From Podarcis pityusensis (Eukaryota): 64,000 nucleotides of DNA. Under the pieces are notes generated by a model. It was given only the letters and a program-made list of their open reading frames with translations. It made no database searches and was not told where the DNA came from. Every line of letters begins with the position of its first letter. Position 1 is the first letter of the stretch. Positions 13,212 through 26,368 of the stretch are shown one piece after another. Location: the NCBI GenBank assembly GCA_964106645.2, contig OZ067051.1; one strand, 5' to 3'. The translations under genes were made by a program, and so were the position numbers.

Positions 13212-13749
13212 GGGACCACAAAGGTCATCTAGTCCAACCCCCTGAAACACAGCAATATTTTGTCCAATGTGGGGCTAGAACCCACAAGTCTGAGATTAAG
13301 CGTCTCTTGCTCTACGGATTTAATTATCCTGCGTCATACTTACTTTCAAAAAAAAGAAAAGAAGTAGTAGGATGTTTTGGTCCCTCACAACAGCTTTAAG
13401 ATGGAAATATGGATATTGGTGTATAATATGTTATGCCTTTTGTGGAGAAAGTGGATACAGACAAGTTTCCCCCTCTCTTTCAAGACGCACCTTGTCTCAG
13501 ATGGCACAAATCAGACTCTGGCTTCTTTTTGTTTCTGGGGTTGAGCAGTGTGAGGAGCGTCTTAGGACTTCTGAGAAGCTGGCCCCAGAACTCTGCTGTT
13601 TCACATTAAACGGTCTATAGCTTGTTTTAAACTGTATTTTATATGACATGCAAAGCAGGACACTGTCACAAGGCGTGCTGATGGTCTGTGGCTCAGGTGG
13701 CTTTGAAGGGCAATTTGACAAATTCACAGAGGCCTAGGAGGAAATGCCT

Positions 13750-14240
13750 ATTTTATTTATTTATTTATAGAAATATTTACCGTATATACCACTATGTGAA
13801 AAACCAAAACAAAGCCCAAAGTGGTTTACAGCAGTAAAACAAAACCATACAATAAAAACCACATTAAAACGTTAAAAACAGAGATCAATTAGCCATTGTG
13901 GAGAGAGGCATTCTTAACTGTTTGTGTAGGCCTGGGGGAACAGAAAAGTTTTCAGTAGGTGTTTAGAAGTTGGCACAGAAGGTGTCTGCTGAATCTCTCT
14001 TGTAGAGTGTACCACAGGATTGGGCCCGTGATACCAAAGGCTTGATTTCTCTTCTTGCCAACTGAGCCTTGACAACGATGCTCCTGCAGGTGATCTCAAT
14101 GATCGAGCTGGGATATAAGGGTTCAAGTGATCCCTGAGGTAACCTGGACCTAAGTTGTTTAGGGCTTTGTAAATTAATAATAGATGGATGACCTTTTGGA
14201 GCCTCCAAACTTGAAGCAGTCTACTACGGATTACCAAATA
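13750..14240 (-). mobile_element. L2-like LINE 3' fragment
   Basis: Minus-strand LLIYKALNNLGPGYLRDHLNPYIPARSLRS (typical L2 ORF2 C-terminus) followed by an (AAAT)n tail. Confidence 0.8.
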
Positions 14241-14820
14241 CAAGGGAGCAACAGTGGGGGAGCATTGTTGTCTTCATGCTGTGCTGGTGGGTTTCCCTGA
14301 GGCATCGGGTTGGCTGTTGTAGGAAGCAGGATGCTGGACAAGACTGCTGGATTCACCATGGTCTCATCCATCATGTCTGTTTCTGAGCATGTGCAGACTG
14401 CTCTGCCTTCTTCCGAAAGGTGTCATTTTAAAGAAATAACAATGAAAACATCAAACTCAGAATTTCGCATTCTCTCTCTACATTTATTCTGGCAAAGAAA
14501 CAAAATAATAGCCATTCCTGTAAAATTCTGGCTTGTTGGCAACCTCCCCTAAAATGTAGAAGCTGTAAAATATGTGTTTGTAGAGAAAGTAATTTACTAT
14601 GGTTGGCATGGGTGTATCATTGAAGAGGATTAACCTCAAAGGTCAGCATATATCTAAGGAAGTATACATGAATGCATGTGAGTTGGCTTGAGAAACCTGC
14701 TAAGTGGCTGCACTCCAGGATCTCTTGCAGCATCACTGAAGATGTTTGGATTTGAGAGTCTGATTCTGTGCTGTTTTGTTTGTGCACCTCCAAAGTGTTG
14801 CTTTGAGCAGCTGATGTGGT

Positions 14821-15880
14821 CAGTGGCGTAGCGTGGGTTGTCAGCACCCGGGGCAAGGCAAGTAATTTGCACCCCCTAACCTGTGGATTTGCGCCCCCTA
14901 ACCCTAACCCCCAGATGTTGTGCCCGGTGCGGCCGGCCCCCCTGCACCCCCCACGCTACGCCACTGTTCGAGGCAGCGACGCTTCCACCCCCTGGAAACA
15001 GCAGAAAGGGAGAGCACTCTTGTGCCCCGGTCCTGCTTTGAGTGCTTCTCATTGACGCGTCTGCTTGGCCACTCTAGATGGGCCCTTGTGGCCTTGATCC
15101 AGTAGCCAGGTCCTTCTTCGGAAAGAGCAAGCGCCTCCTAAGCATGTGCAGAGCGCCTCCCTCTGCCCCCGCCACGTGGAGCTCAGCCTGCGCGTGGGCA
15201 GGCCCTTTGCATCACGCGCGCTTGGCAATCCCCGGCACTTCTCCTCTCCTCTCTCTCTCCCTGGAGAAATGAAGCAGTGACCCAACAAGGAGTAGCGAAG
15301 GATGGGCGTGTTTCGTCCCTGATCCGGATGAGATCAAGGCGCCGGCAACGGGAAGGAGGCGGGGGAGAAGCAGGAGCAGGCCAGCCAGGGCTGCTCCAGA
15401 CCCCCCCCCCCCCGATCTCTCCCATCGCCGCTGGAGGGGTCATGGAGGCACTGAGCCCGGGAGGTGGGTAGCCAGCCAGGGCGCACCTACCCAACCTCAC
15501 CGCGCCCAGGCGCGCTGCTCTCTCCAGCTTCCTCCCGGCCAGGCCAGCGGCTCCACCTCTTCCTTTGCCTCTTTGAGCCGCTTAATTCCCAGCAAGCGAT
15601 TAGCAGGCTCGGATCGGATCCTGCGGCAGGCAGCGCCTCCTCCTCCTCCTCCTCCTCCCAGCTTTGCTGCTGCTGCTGCGTGGCTCTTTTCCCTCCACCG
15701 ATGGCGTGCTGCGCCTTGGAGAGGTTCCCGCTTCCTCGAGGGGGGCCGGCCAAACGGAGACGACGACCCCCCACCCCAAACAAGCCTTGATTGCTTGTCC
15801 CTTCCCTCTGGACTCGCGCCCCCCCAGATGTTGCGCCCGGTGCGGCCGGCACCCCTGGCACCCCCCACGCTACGCCACTG
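14821..15880. mobile_element. Composite non-autonomous hAT-type element with GC-rich cargo
   Basis: TIR cagtggcgtagcgtggg (14821) / cccacgctacgccactg (ends 15880); perfect TSD GATGTGGT (14813-14820, 15881-15888); a second internal right end finishes at 14966. Confidence 0.9.
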
Positions 15881-16526
15881 GATGTGGTTGGGCCAACCTG
15901 GTGCCATGCAAATATTTTATTAATCTGTACTGTAGAGGATTATGTGCTGGACTTTGGTAGGGGAGACCTATGCTGGTATCCCTGTTTATTGATGAAGCTC
16001 ACTGGGTGCCCTTGGGCCAGTTGTGTGCTTTCTCACTTTTACCTATCTCAGAGGATTGGTGTGAAGATAACATGTGCTCTCCATCTTAAGCCCTTTGGTG
16101 GAAGAATTGATTTAAAAAGTAATAATGAAAAGGATCTGAGTACTGTAGTTACATTTTTAGTTCCACCCTGAAAGGCATGAACCCAGTGTCACTAGTAGCC
16201 ATTGACTGAAATTTCCTTTATGTAATTTTCTAAGCCCATTTTCAAGTTGTCTAAGGCTGTGAACACATGACTGCTTTCTCTGGCTCCAGTGCGCTCCCAA
16301 TGCTAATGTTTGAATCTGAGTACGTATGACATTAGTCACAATGCGTAGGCTTCGTATAATTTGTTGAGAAATATTGCTGTTTGATACATTTTCCCTCAAA
16401 CCAACTTCCATCTGATTTGAAAATGTAAACTCCAGTTAGGATGAGGTGTGTACATTTCAGACATCCATTGCACATGCGCAGATGACAGCACATGCACAGA
16501 TTATGGCTTTACTGAATAGGAGTTTG

Positions 16527-16528
<2 letters not shown>

Positions 16529-16558
<30 letters not shown>
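16529..16558. repeat. (GT)n microsatellite
   Basis: Directly visible. Confidence 0.95.
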
Positions 16559-16560
<2 letters not shown>

Positions 16561-18343
16561 GTAACAAAACAGGTAATGGTGTGTTCTGCAAGTAAAAATG
16601 CAACTTGAAATGCAGCAAGGGGGAACAACTTTGCTGCATTTTAAGGTCAAATGTAAACATAGCCTAAACCAGTGACCCATCTTGCAGTGATAAATTCCAC
16701 CACACATGTCTTAATCTGCATGTCTCTTTTACTGTCTTGGTTAAAGAATTTTAGCCTTCTGAGAGAAGTTACCCAAAACACACCTGTTCAGTAAAGCAAG
16801 TGTAAAATAAATTGTTAGTTAAAAGTACTTTGACTATTGTAAATTTTCTCCAGAGTTACTCATTCCTCCATTATGCATCCATACTTCTGGATTCATATCA
16901 AGGCAACCTGGCCACAGCTGCAATCCTATTCCCCACCCCCACTCCGCCCCTGACTTAATGTGACTAGAAATGCAGAAGTGTTGGGTTCACAGCACATTTT
17001 TAAACCTCATTGGATTTAATTTGTACCTGTATACTTGAGAATGTGTGCTTATGATGTGTGCTGGGTACAACACATTTGTTTTGTTGAAGCATCAGTTTAT
17101 TATTTTTAGTGTGGTCCAAAATACGTACAGTATTTTCCTGAGTCTGAAGAGAAGTTGGTTGTAAGATTGATATTAACAGAGAATGGTCAGCATAGAGGCA
17201 TTAGATTTAGCTACTAAGAGCTTGGGTCCTTCACCAAGAATGTTGTTATTCATACATATTATGGGTTTTTTTAAGTGTGTACCTAAGAAGTTTGAAGTGG
17301 AAACAAGCAGGAACTAGAGGGATAAAACTTGTGTTGGCATAAAAGTGTATCATGTGTTTGCACACTCAGGAATCTAGGCTTGGTTGTAGCTCTTTGTGAA
17401 GTGTGCTTCCAGAAATAAACCCAGGTTTGCTGCTGCTTAATGAATGAAAAGGCCCGAAAGGAATGAGGTAACAAGGATGATGTTGCTGCTATCTTGGATA
17501 CTGGCAATTATCACTTCGAAACATTAACTAAAACTATGTAAATTATTTCTGAAATGTTTCATAAACCAGATTAAGATCTTGACTCTTTAATGCTGTGTTA
17601 AAACACTGGTAGATCTAATGAAAGGGCTGTTAAAACAGTCATCCTCCTCTAAATAGCTTTTCCACTAATTTGATAGTGTAGGCTGCTATCATTCCAGGAT
17701 GCACATTCTTTGTATGCTGTAGGGGACAGAAAACTGAGATCAGCTGATAACACTTGCTATTACAAAGCCATTATTATGTTTTGGAACACTTGCTATCTCT
17801 ATTCATGTAGCAAAGCAACACTCATAGGTTCAATTTTAATAAAAATAGTGGAATGTTAACACGTCTCATGCAGTAACACAATGTCAAGCAAAATTTGATC
17901 CCAAGAAGCCTACTGGGGCAAGAAAACTCAGACCTAGGGGCCAAATGTGGCCCTTCAGGCCTTCCAATCCGGCTCTTGCAATTCTTTCTCCTCTACATTA
18001 TCTCTTTATTCACAGCCCCTCTCTCCAGTCCACACCACTCAATGGCCCTACTTTGCGCTGCCCTATAATGTCTTTGCCTGGAATATGTCCTTGAACTCTC
18101 AAAATGTCTCTTGCTTATTTGGATGGAGGACAGAGTGAGCTTTGTGAATGTATGTGGAAACTACCTTACAGTACAATGGTAAAATTTCCATTCATTGCTC
18201 TTCCCGCTTTTGCTTCTGGTCTCACCCACCACTGGCATGTTGCCCCTGGGAGGCTGTCTAGAAGGGAATTTAGCTGTCAGTATGAAAAAGTTCCTTCACC
18301 CCTATCTTAACGTGTTATTTTATGCCATCTGTAAATATTACAG

Positions 18344-18597
18344 CAGGGGTCAGCAAACTTTTTCAGCAGGGGGCCGGTCCACTCTCCCTCAGACCTTGCG
18401 GGGGGGGGACAGACTATATTTTGAAAAAAATATATGAACGAATTCCTATGCCCCACAAATAACCCAGAGATACATTTTAAATAAAAGGACACATTCTACT
18501 CATGTAAAAACACGCTGATTCCCGGACCATCCGCGGGCTGGATTTAGAAGGCGATTGGGCTGGATCTGGGCCCCGGGCCTTAGTTTGCCTACCCATG
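18344..18597 (+). mobile_element. hAT MITE
   Basis: caggggtcagcaaac...gtttgcctacccatg, TSD tattacag/tgttacag. Confidence 0.88.
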
Positions 18598-18814
18598 TGT
18601 TACAGTATCACAATACGTGTTCTCAGTTTATTTTATTGTGTCTTGAAAAAATATACTGAAAACCATTTCAAAATGTTTGCTCACCAAAATGAAAGCAGTG
18701 AGAAACAAAGTTTTTCAGAGGAGTAAGGCTCTTCCTTCCAGCACTGCTGTGTGATTTTTAATGTATTTTCTCTGGTATACTGTTATTAACTTTCCCCCCA
18801 CCTAGTTCAGTCTC

Positions 18815-19230
18815 TATTTATAAAAGATGAAAGACTCATCATTACCAACAATGGAGGAATGGTTATTAAAATTATCAGACTTAGCTGAGATAGCAAAATT
18901 GACATGTTTAATAAGAAAAAAGTCATTGTTAACATTTACTGAAGACTGGAAGCCTCTCATAGACTTTTTGCGTGAAAAAGAAATAATGACATTTGGGTTT
19001 AAAGGCTGCAGTTTATAGAAAGTATTTTTCTCTTTCTCTGTTTTAATCCTTCTATCTCTCTTTCTCTCTTCTTTTTTCCTTTTCTTTTCATCTTTTCCTC
19101 TTCTTTTCCTCTGGGTCTATGTTTTTATTTTACTTAGATTAACTTTTTAGTTTGAATAAAAGGGTATTTGATAATTATCTTTGTATCACTCTTTATAAAA
19201 TCTAATAAAATTTATTCAATTTTAAAAATA
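18815..19230 (+). mobile_element. L1 3' fragment
   Basis: KDSSLPTMEEWLLKLSDLAEIAKLTCLIR...DWKPLIDFL is homologous to the L1 ORF2 end at 60-61 kb; pyrimidine-rich 3' UTR and AATAAA. Confidence 0.8.
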
Positions 19231-19507
19231 AATTTGCAAATACCTGTTGTCCATGAGAATATTGTTATAGTAATAATTCCATTTGCCATGGAATGAGTTT
19301 GACTTATGGAGAAAACTGTTGCTTGTAGATAGCCCTGCTTTTGACCCTTGTCTTTCAACAGTATTTAATAATTTCTGTTATAAAAACGTCTGTTTTTCTT
19401 GTTCCCTGAAGTAAACAAGCTATCCCTTAGAAAGTTACTTTTCATTCTTTTCACAAAGACAGTAATGTTTTTAATATACTGAAAGAAGAGCTTTGTCTTT
19501 CTTCTAG

Positions 19508-19597
19508 GCAAACGTGTGTCGGCTACGCTTGACCCTGCCCCCTGAAGAAAACTCGCTTTCTCAGGAAATTAAAAATAAGACTGAAAGGACAAAAAAG
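19508..19597 (+). CDS. MYZAP: MYZAP exon 2
   Basis: ctag|ANVCRLRLTLPPEENSLSQEIKNKTERTKK|GTAAGT; the ANVCRLRLT motif is diagnostic. Confidence 0.95.
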
Positions 19598-19852
19598 GTA
19601 AGTTAACAAAATTTTGCTGATGTTTGCTTCACCCCTGTAAATATTAATCCATCTTAAAAAAAAAATCAGATGAGTCTATTGGTATGCACTGAAAAAAGTT
19701 CTAGAAATCTGCACTACACATCACAGATTTTGCAAATGGAGTAAATTTTGGTGGTTTACAAAATTACCAACTGTTTTATTGGAAGGCATCTCCCCCCCCC
19801 CCCCCGTTTCCTTTTTGGGAAAAAACTAAGACCAAAGTGCATATCCATATTA

Positions 19853-20324
19853 CTGTATTTTTTGCCCCATAGGACGCACCTAGTTTTTTGGGGGGGAAAT
19901 AAAGAAAAAAAAGTTTATTTCCCCCCCAGGTGCGGGGCTGGGGCGGGGGAAGCCCGAGCTTCCCCCGACCCCAGCCCCCAGAACAGGCTGCTATCCGCTA
20001 GCTGTGGGAGAGCCGCGTGACTTCGCTCGGCTCTCCCACGGCTAGCGGAGCGCTGCGCGAAGCCCGAAGCTTGGGGCATGCTGAGCACAGCGCGTCCCAA
20101 GCTTCTGGGTGCCGGCAAGGTCTCCGCTAGCCGTGGGAGAGCTGCGTCTCCCACGGCTAGCGGATAGCTTCCTGAAGCCTGGAGAGCGAGAGGGGTTGGT
20201 GCGCACCGACCCCCCTCGCTCTCCAGGCTTCAGCGAAAGCCTGCATTCGCCCCATAGGACGCACACACATTTCCCCTTCATTTTTGGAGGGGAAAAAGTG
20301 CGTCCTATAGGGCGAAAAATACGG
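19853..20324. mobile_element. Tc1/mariner-type MITE with GC-rich interior
   Basis: TIRs ctgtattttttgccccataggacgcac / gtgcgtcctatagggcgaaaaatacgg, TA on the left flank. Confidence 0.85.
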
Positions 20325-23300
20325 TCCATTGTTCACGCTTTTTAAAAAGCATGCATAAGCTGGCCAACTTTATTCTGAAGGAAAAGCAAGCAGAGCTGCA
20401 GCAGGACATGGGAACTAGGTGGTTATGCCAACGGAAACAGTGGGTTTTAAGGAGGAATGTGAAGTAAGTAAGAGGTATCTCTCTTACTTACACCTGTGTA
20501 ATGGGAGCAATTCTAGGCATATGAAAGAGCAAGGGAGCGAGGGTAGTTGATTTTAAGACCTAGGATTCAGAACTGTTATGGCTGTCTTAATAGAGGGATT
20601 TGAGTCACCGCCAGTTCAAATGTGGTTAAATCATGAATCTACTAGTGACCTTAGGGAGCTGTTGTTCTCTCCGCACCAGTCCCTGATTAGTAATGTGGGG
20701 ATAATAATTCTATACTATAGGACTGTTGTAAATATTACAGAATGTTAATATGTTACATGAGCGTGAAGTATTATTATTTACACTGATAAATAGTAATACA
20801 TAAATACAACAATCCCAAAACATTCTACAGCAAAATATAAAATCATCATTATAAACAATATTCTGATAAAAGCCATCTACTTAACTGCTCAGAAAAGCCA
20901 ATCTGTGCCCCCAGCTCAGTCAGCAATTTTTAAATTCCCTCCCGTATCTGTGCTGTCTCTAAACATTAATTAAAAGCTGTGAATTCCACGATTCCTCTTC
21001 AGATGTGGCTGCAGTGCTGTGTTGTCAGACAAGTGCTGTGCTACACCTTGTGTTGGTGATGCTGTTGGCCGGTTGACAGCTGTAAATCCTCAGAGTTTTC
21101 AGTTAGGGCCCTGACCAGTGTTAGTACTGTAGCATAAATTTTCAGTCAGCATCTTCTGACTTTTTGGGCACAACTAATTGCAACTCAGAAAATATGTAAT
21201 TAGGATCTTGGTAATTAGGATTTCCTGTGGGAGCCCCGATTGGATCTGGGGGAGGTTTTTGGTTCCTACCCCTACTTTTATTCCTTGTGGTGCTTTCCTG
21301 GTTTAAATCCTCTCCATCTGTCCTTTGCCCCATGGGAAGAAACATGCAGGTGTCCATATGCACCTCTGTGCATTTCCCTACAATGAAAAAAATAGTAGCT
21401 GGAGGGGTGTAATTGAAACTGGGGTGCTTGAAGGAAAGAGTTAATCCTACACTCATAGATCCGGTGTGGGAACTTGCGTATAAGAACTTTTATATGCAGA
21501 AATGGGTATGGTGCTGAATGTGCAAGGCACAGGTGACACTCTTCTCTCCCTGCCCCCATGGCCTTCATTGCAAAGTGAGGCTCACAAAGAGGTGAAGCAA
21601 CGTCAAAAGCTTAGTAATAGCTCTATTATCATCACACCCACAATTTCACGAGGCCATATGGAAATAGCTGTGCTCCATAAATGCCAAGGTAGGTTTTGAA
21701 ATGGGGCTGGGCTTCATTCTTTTGAGGCACAGTGTCAGGCTGGTGGTTCAGTGGCACCAACTGGATGACCCTGCCAAACAACTGTTGTAAGCTGATCAGC
21801 ACATTTTATTTAACCATTACATGCCTCATTGTCTTTATGACTAAATGTGTTTTGTGAGATGCCAGAGTTGTCTGTGATGGAAGACAGCCTTGCAAATAAG
21901 TTCACAGAAACTGCTAGCTCAGATAAAACAATGACTAGCTTGTCTGTCCATGTAAATGTGTTACAACAACAGCCAGAACAAAAAAGAACCAGCTTTCTTT
22001 CTCTATGCTTGTCACCAATTCTTATTTGCCATGGGCAAGAAGTTACTAAAAAGCCACACCGGCCAAGCTAAATGTGATGAGGCAGCAACATTGTTATCCA
22101 CTAGTCTGTCCTGTGAACATATGAAGGGTTTATGTGTCGTTTGCTTTTAACATGAAATTGAATGTGTGGGAGGTAGAGCCATAGCTGGTGGAGGGGGGGC
22201 TAGCCATATTTTTTGCCCCAGGTGAAGCCTCGATAGCGGCGTCATTGAGGCTCCGAGCCTGTATCTATGTGTATGCAAGTGTGTGTGGTGTGTGTGTGTG
22301 TGTTTGTGCACGCGCGCCAAGCTAGATCTTTGACCTGGGTGAAACTTGCCCCCGCCCTTGTCTTACCTTTTTGTGCTCAGTTGCATCTAGGAATATTCTC
22401 ACTGGTCTTCTCCCCAATATTTGGATGTGTCTTTATATTTTATATATGTTGTGAGGCACTTTGTAGAGCATGGTTCTTTAAAAAATGAATTGAAAATCTT
22501 GTTAATTAATAACCCATTTCTGGGGATGCTGCTAAGCTGGAAGAACATCTGTGATTTTTAATAAAGGGTGGTTTAAATATAAAATGAATAAGATTGCTTT
22601 GAGTAGCAGAGTGCTAAGGAAGGAAAGGGGGAAGGTTTTGTTCCATTTCATGGGTTGGGGACGGGACAGGACACTAATTTCTGTTTCTGGGAGAAAAGCA
22701 ATAGAGAGGTAACAAAAAGGGCAGAGAAAGATGGCATTTTTTTTATGTATGCTTAGTGTGACATTGCTAAGGAAAGTGCATTGGCAGTTACCAGCGCATA
22801 AAAATATATACCTTTGCTCTGCTTAATATCTGCTCTGGAAGGATTTAGTTTTTTAATAAGGCAAGGCTGGGAAGCTTCCTCTAAAACCTGTTTCAGTTAT
22901 TGCCAAGTACATGTTCACAAATGTTCTAAAGCTTATATGCCTCATTTTGAACAGTATTTTTCAAAGCTTGTGGCTTGAAAGCTAACCCTCTTCCATTGAT
23001 TAGCTTTTTGTATGTCAGTGATTGTAAGCATAGAACAAGGCTTTTGCGTATTTTTCCAAGCTGCAGCTCAGCTGCCTTTATATTTGTAGGTATCTGAAAA
23101 CTCTGTTTGTGATGTGGCATTGTGTCTATAAGAGTGATAAAGAAAAATGTTAACTTTGGATGTGGATCTTCCTTTCTTGCTTCTTTGGCTCCGGGCCAGC
23201 ATGATTTTTAAAATGTAGATGTAAGCTAACAGGCATGGTTGGAAAGCTTTCACAATGGCCCTTATGGACTACTGGCTGTATTTGCATATAAACCATGGTT

Positions 23301-23361
23301 TCTTTTAGCCATGGTTTATTCAATAACCTATAAGTCGTCTCATAGGCAAACTGGTTTGTTT

Positions 23362-23394
23362 CAACAACAAGAACAACAACAACAACAACAACAA
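23362..23394. repeat. (CAA)n microsatellite, tail of an L2-type fragment
   Basis: Directly visible; followed by an L2-like 3' end on the minus strand. Confidence 0.8.
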
Positions 23395-23869
23395 TACCCC
23401 ATTCATCTGGCTAGGTTTCCCCAGCCATTCTGGGCGGCTTAGAGCAAATCTAAAAACATAAAACATCAAGTGTTAAAAACCTCCTGAAACAGGGCTACCT
23501 TCAGATGTCTTCTAAAAGTTGTTTAATTCTTTATCTCCTTGACATCTGAAGGGAGCTTGACAGTTCCACAGGGAGGGCGCCACTACCAAGAAGGCCATCT
23601 GCCTGGTTTTCCAGCTACTGATGTCTCATGCTTTTGTAACTTGGTGAGTGTCTGAGATGAGGTGGACAAACAAGCCATGGTTAAGGAATGCTGTTGGGTT
23701 CGGAAACAAACCACATTTTGTTAATGTTAAAACTAACCACATTTTGGCTTAACAAACCATGGGTTAGCATTATGTGTGAACCAGGAGACTGTCAAACATT
23801 TAGCAGTCAGGGCAGCAGTAAAAGTCCTCTGAGGGATCAGTAACTAGTTTAAAATATACAAAAGGGGAA

Positions 23870-24020
23870 AGGATCAGTGTTGGCCCATTGGAAAAATTCG
23901 CAAATCCACATTTGGGCAATACCTTTATTAAATCAATCAAAACGTTACAGAAAAGTTTGCAAGTTTCAAGTTTTCCAGAACTCTTAATCAGCCTAGATGG
24001 TAAACAAAATGTGGGGAGGG
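23870..24020 (-). mobile_element. Degraded Penelope-like terminal repeat fragment
   Basis: Resembles recalled reptile Penelope pLTR text (aatacctttatt...tgcaag(c)tttc.agtt.tccagaactctt.atcag) and contains a decayed hammerhead core. Confidence 0.5.
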
Positions 24021-25002
24021 GAGAGAAGAGAAGAAATGGCAGATGTTGCAAGAACAGGAAGTGCAGGATAGGAATAAACAGGCACATTTCACAATGGAGG
24101 GAAGTAAACAGCAGAGTTCCCATGGGATCTTTGTGCTAAGGCCAGTGCTATTCAACTTAGAAATGATCTAAAGTCAGGATTGTAGTGAGGTAGCCATTGT
24201 GCTGGGCTGAATATCTTCAGTTTTCACCAACTTCTTTGGAAAGAGAAGGGACCTGTAGTACAATCTTATACATGTCTACTCAATAGTAAGTCCTATTGGG
24301 CAGAATCCAAGTAGATAAATCTGGTAGCACATTGATTTTCTTGCACAATGGCACTTCCCCTTCCTCTCCTCTTCATGTTTCCCCTACCTCTCCAGATCCC
24401 CTCCGGAGGGTTGGAATAACCCCCAGAACAGATATAGGGGCTATGGGGAGAGGAGGGGAAACTGAAGTTTCCTTTGCATAACCAAATGTCATTGTGCAAG
24501 CAATGGGTACCCCGCAAAGGGGTACTACCTTTGAGTTCAATGACTTACTCCAAGGTTATTGCCTATAAGGATTGCAGCTTTAAGGAGGATAAATGACAGT
24601 CTACTGAACTTTTGCAAAACCTAGGGTTTCGACATGGAAAAGTATGATTTCTAAGGTGCGCTGTGCAAGAAATATGTCTGTGTTTGATTTAGCACACACA
24701 TCCTTGGAAGTTATTTCCTGACAGATTTCCCCCTGTTTGTTACTCCCTGTCATTGTTCAAAACTCCCATTGTTCTAGTTGCATTTTGCAACAGGGAATTT
24801 CATTAGCGTGAGCAGTTTCTGAGCTCTGAGTGCAGTACTGCGCCTAAGATTTCAGATTAAAACTGCAGAGTGGAAGGAGCTTCCTTTAGCCAATCAGAAG
24901 CCGTGCTTTGGTTTCCAAACGTTTTGGAAGTTGAACGGACTTCCAGAAGGGATTCTGTTCGACTTCCGAGGTACGACTGTAGAAGGTGAAAACTCTTCAT
25001 GA

Positions 25003-25606
25003 CAGTAAAGTGATACCTTGGTTTAGGAACAGCTTAGTTTATGAACAACTTGGATTAAGAACGCTGCAAACCCGGAAGTAGGTGTTTTGGTTTGTGAACT
25101 TTGCCTTGGAATAAGAACATGTTTTGCTTCCTGTTGAGTGTGTTCCATTTGTAAATTGAGTCCCCCGCTGCTATGGGAAAGCACACCTTGGTTTAAGAAT
25201 GCTTTGGTTTAAGAACGGATTAAGTTCATAAACCAAGGTAAAGGGACCTCTGACCATTAGGTCCAATTGTGGCTGACTCTGGGGTTGCGGTGCTCATCTC
25301 GCTTTTTTGGCCGAGGGAGCCGGCGTACAGCTTCCGGGTCATGTGGCCAGCATGACTAAACTGCTTCTGGCGAACCAGAGCAGCGCATGGAAACGCCGTT
25401 TACCTTCCCGCCGGAGCGGTACCTATTTATCTACTTGCACTTTGACGTGCTTTCGAACTGCTAGGTTGGCAGGAGCAGGGACCGAGCAATGAGAGCTCAC
25501 CCCATCATGGGGATTCGAACCGCCGACCTTCTGATTGGCAAGTCCTAGGCTCTGTGGTTTAACCCACAACGCCACCCGTGTCCCTTTAAACCAACGTACC
25601 ACTGTA
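25003..25606. mobile_element. Tigger-like MITE interrupted by a Sauria SINE (25241-25584, minus strand)
   Basis: MITE ends gtgataccttggttt...gtaccactgta; the SINE is flanked by TAAACCAA(G/C)GTA (25229-25240, 25587-25598). Confidence 0.8.
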
Positions 25607-26368
25607 CTAATATAAAGCATCCCCCCCCCCCCATTTTGTGCACGTGGGGAGAATGCGATACTTAGAATTCTGCCAGAACTTCTTGTTCTGTGTGCAGTCT
25701 TCAAGTCCTTGGAAGAGTACATACTTCTAAAACAGTTGTTCCCAGTTCAAACTACTTTGCTCTTTGGTATTTCACAGAAATAATTCTTGAATGTTTCAAT
25801 GTGAATAATGAGGGTAGGGGAGTGGCTGATACCAAAGCAACAAAGGAAATATTTAACCCAGGAAATGAAAAACTGTTTTTCAGTGTGGCGACACACCCAT
25901 TTCAAATTGCATATGCTTGCTCCCCCTCCTTTCAAAACAAAACAATGTATTTTTATTGATGAGTCAGAATTCTGAGGCAGTCTGGTCATACACATGTATT
26001 ACAACGTGACTTTATGTAATTATTTGACACTTTAGGCTATATACTTAAATTGGTTTTAAAATGCCTCTGTGGATGTGAACCATTTAGCGCAAGGGCTGCA
26101 AGAAGTTACTGGTTATTTAGATAGATGATCAGTACCAAGCTTAATTGACCTTTGTAGTCGCCATCTCTATTTTCCATGGGATTTTTGGAACCCTAAAAAT
26201 AGAATTCTAAAAGCACTTACTTGAAAATATACATATAACTATTCTTAATTGAGTTCACAATGGTGAAGGAAAGCATCCAGTATTTGGGAATTGTTAGCTG
26301 CTCCAGATTTGTTAAAATATTTTGAAATTCAGAGTGACTGTAACACAAGTCTGTTTATTTTTATATAG

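Noticed and set aside
15049-16171. Many 80-136 aa ORFs over the hAT cargo
   Set aside because: Low-complexity GC-rich translations with no transposase or other recognisable domain.
21502-21699. 65-aa ORF with a donor-like CAAG|GTAGGT, as a possible alternative MYZAP first exon
   Set aside because: The donor is phase 1 in that frame, but exon 3 needs phase 0; no homology recognised.
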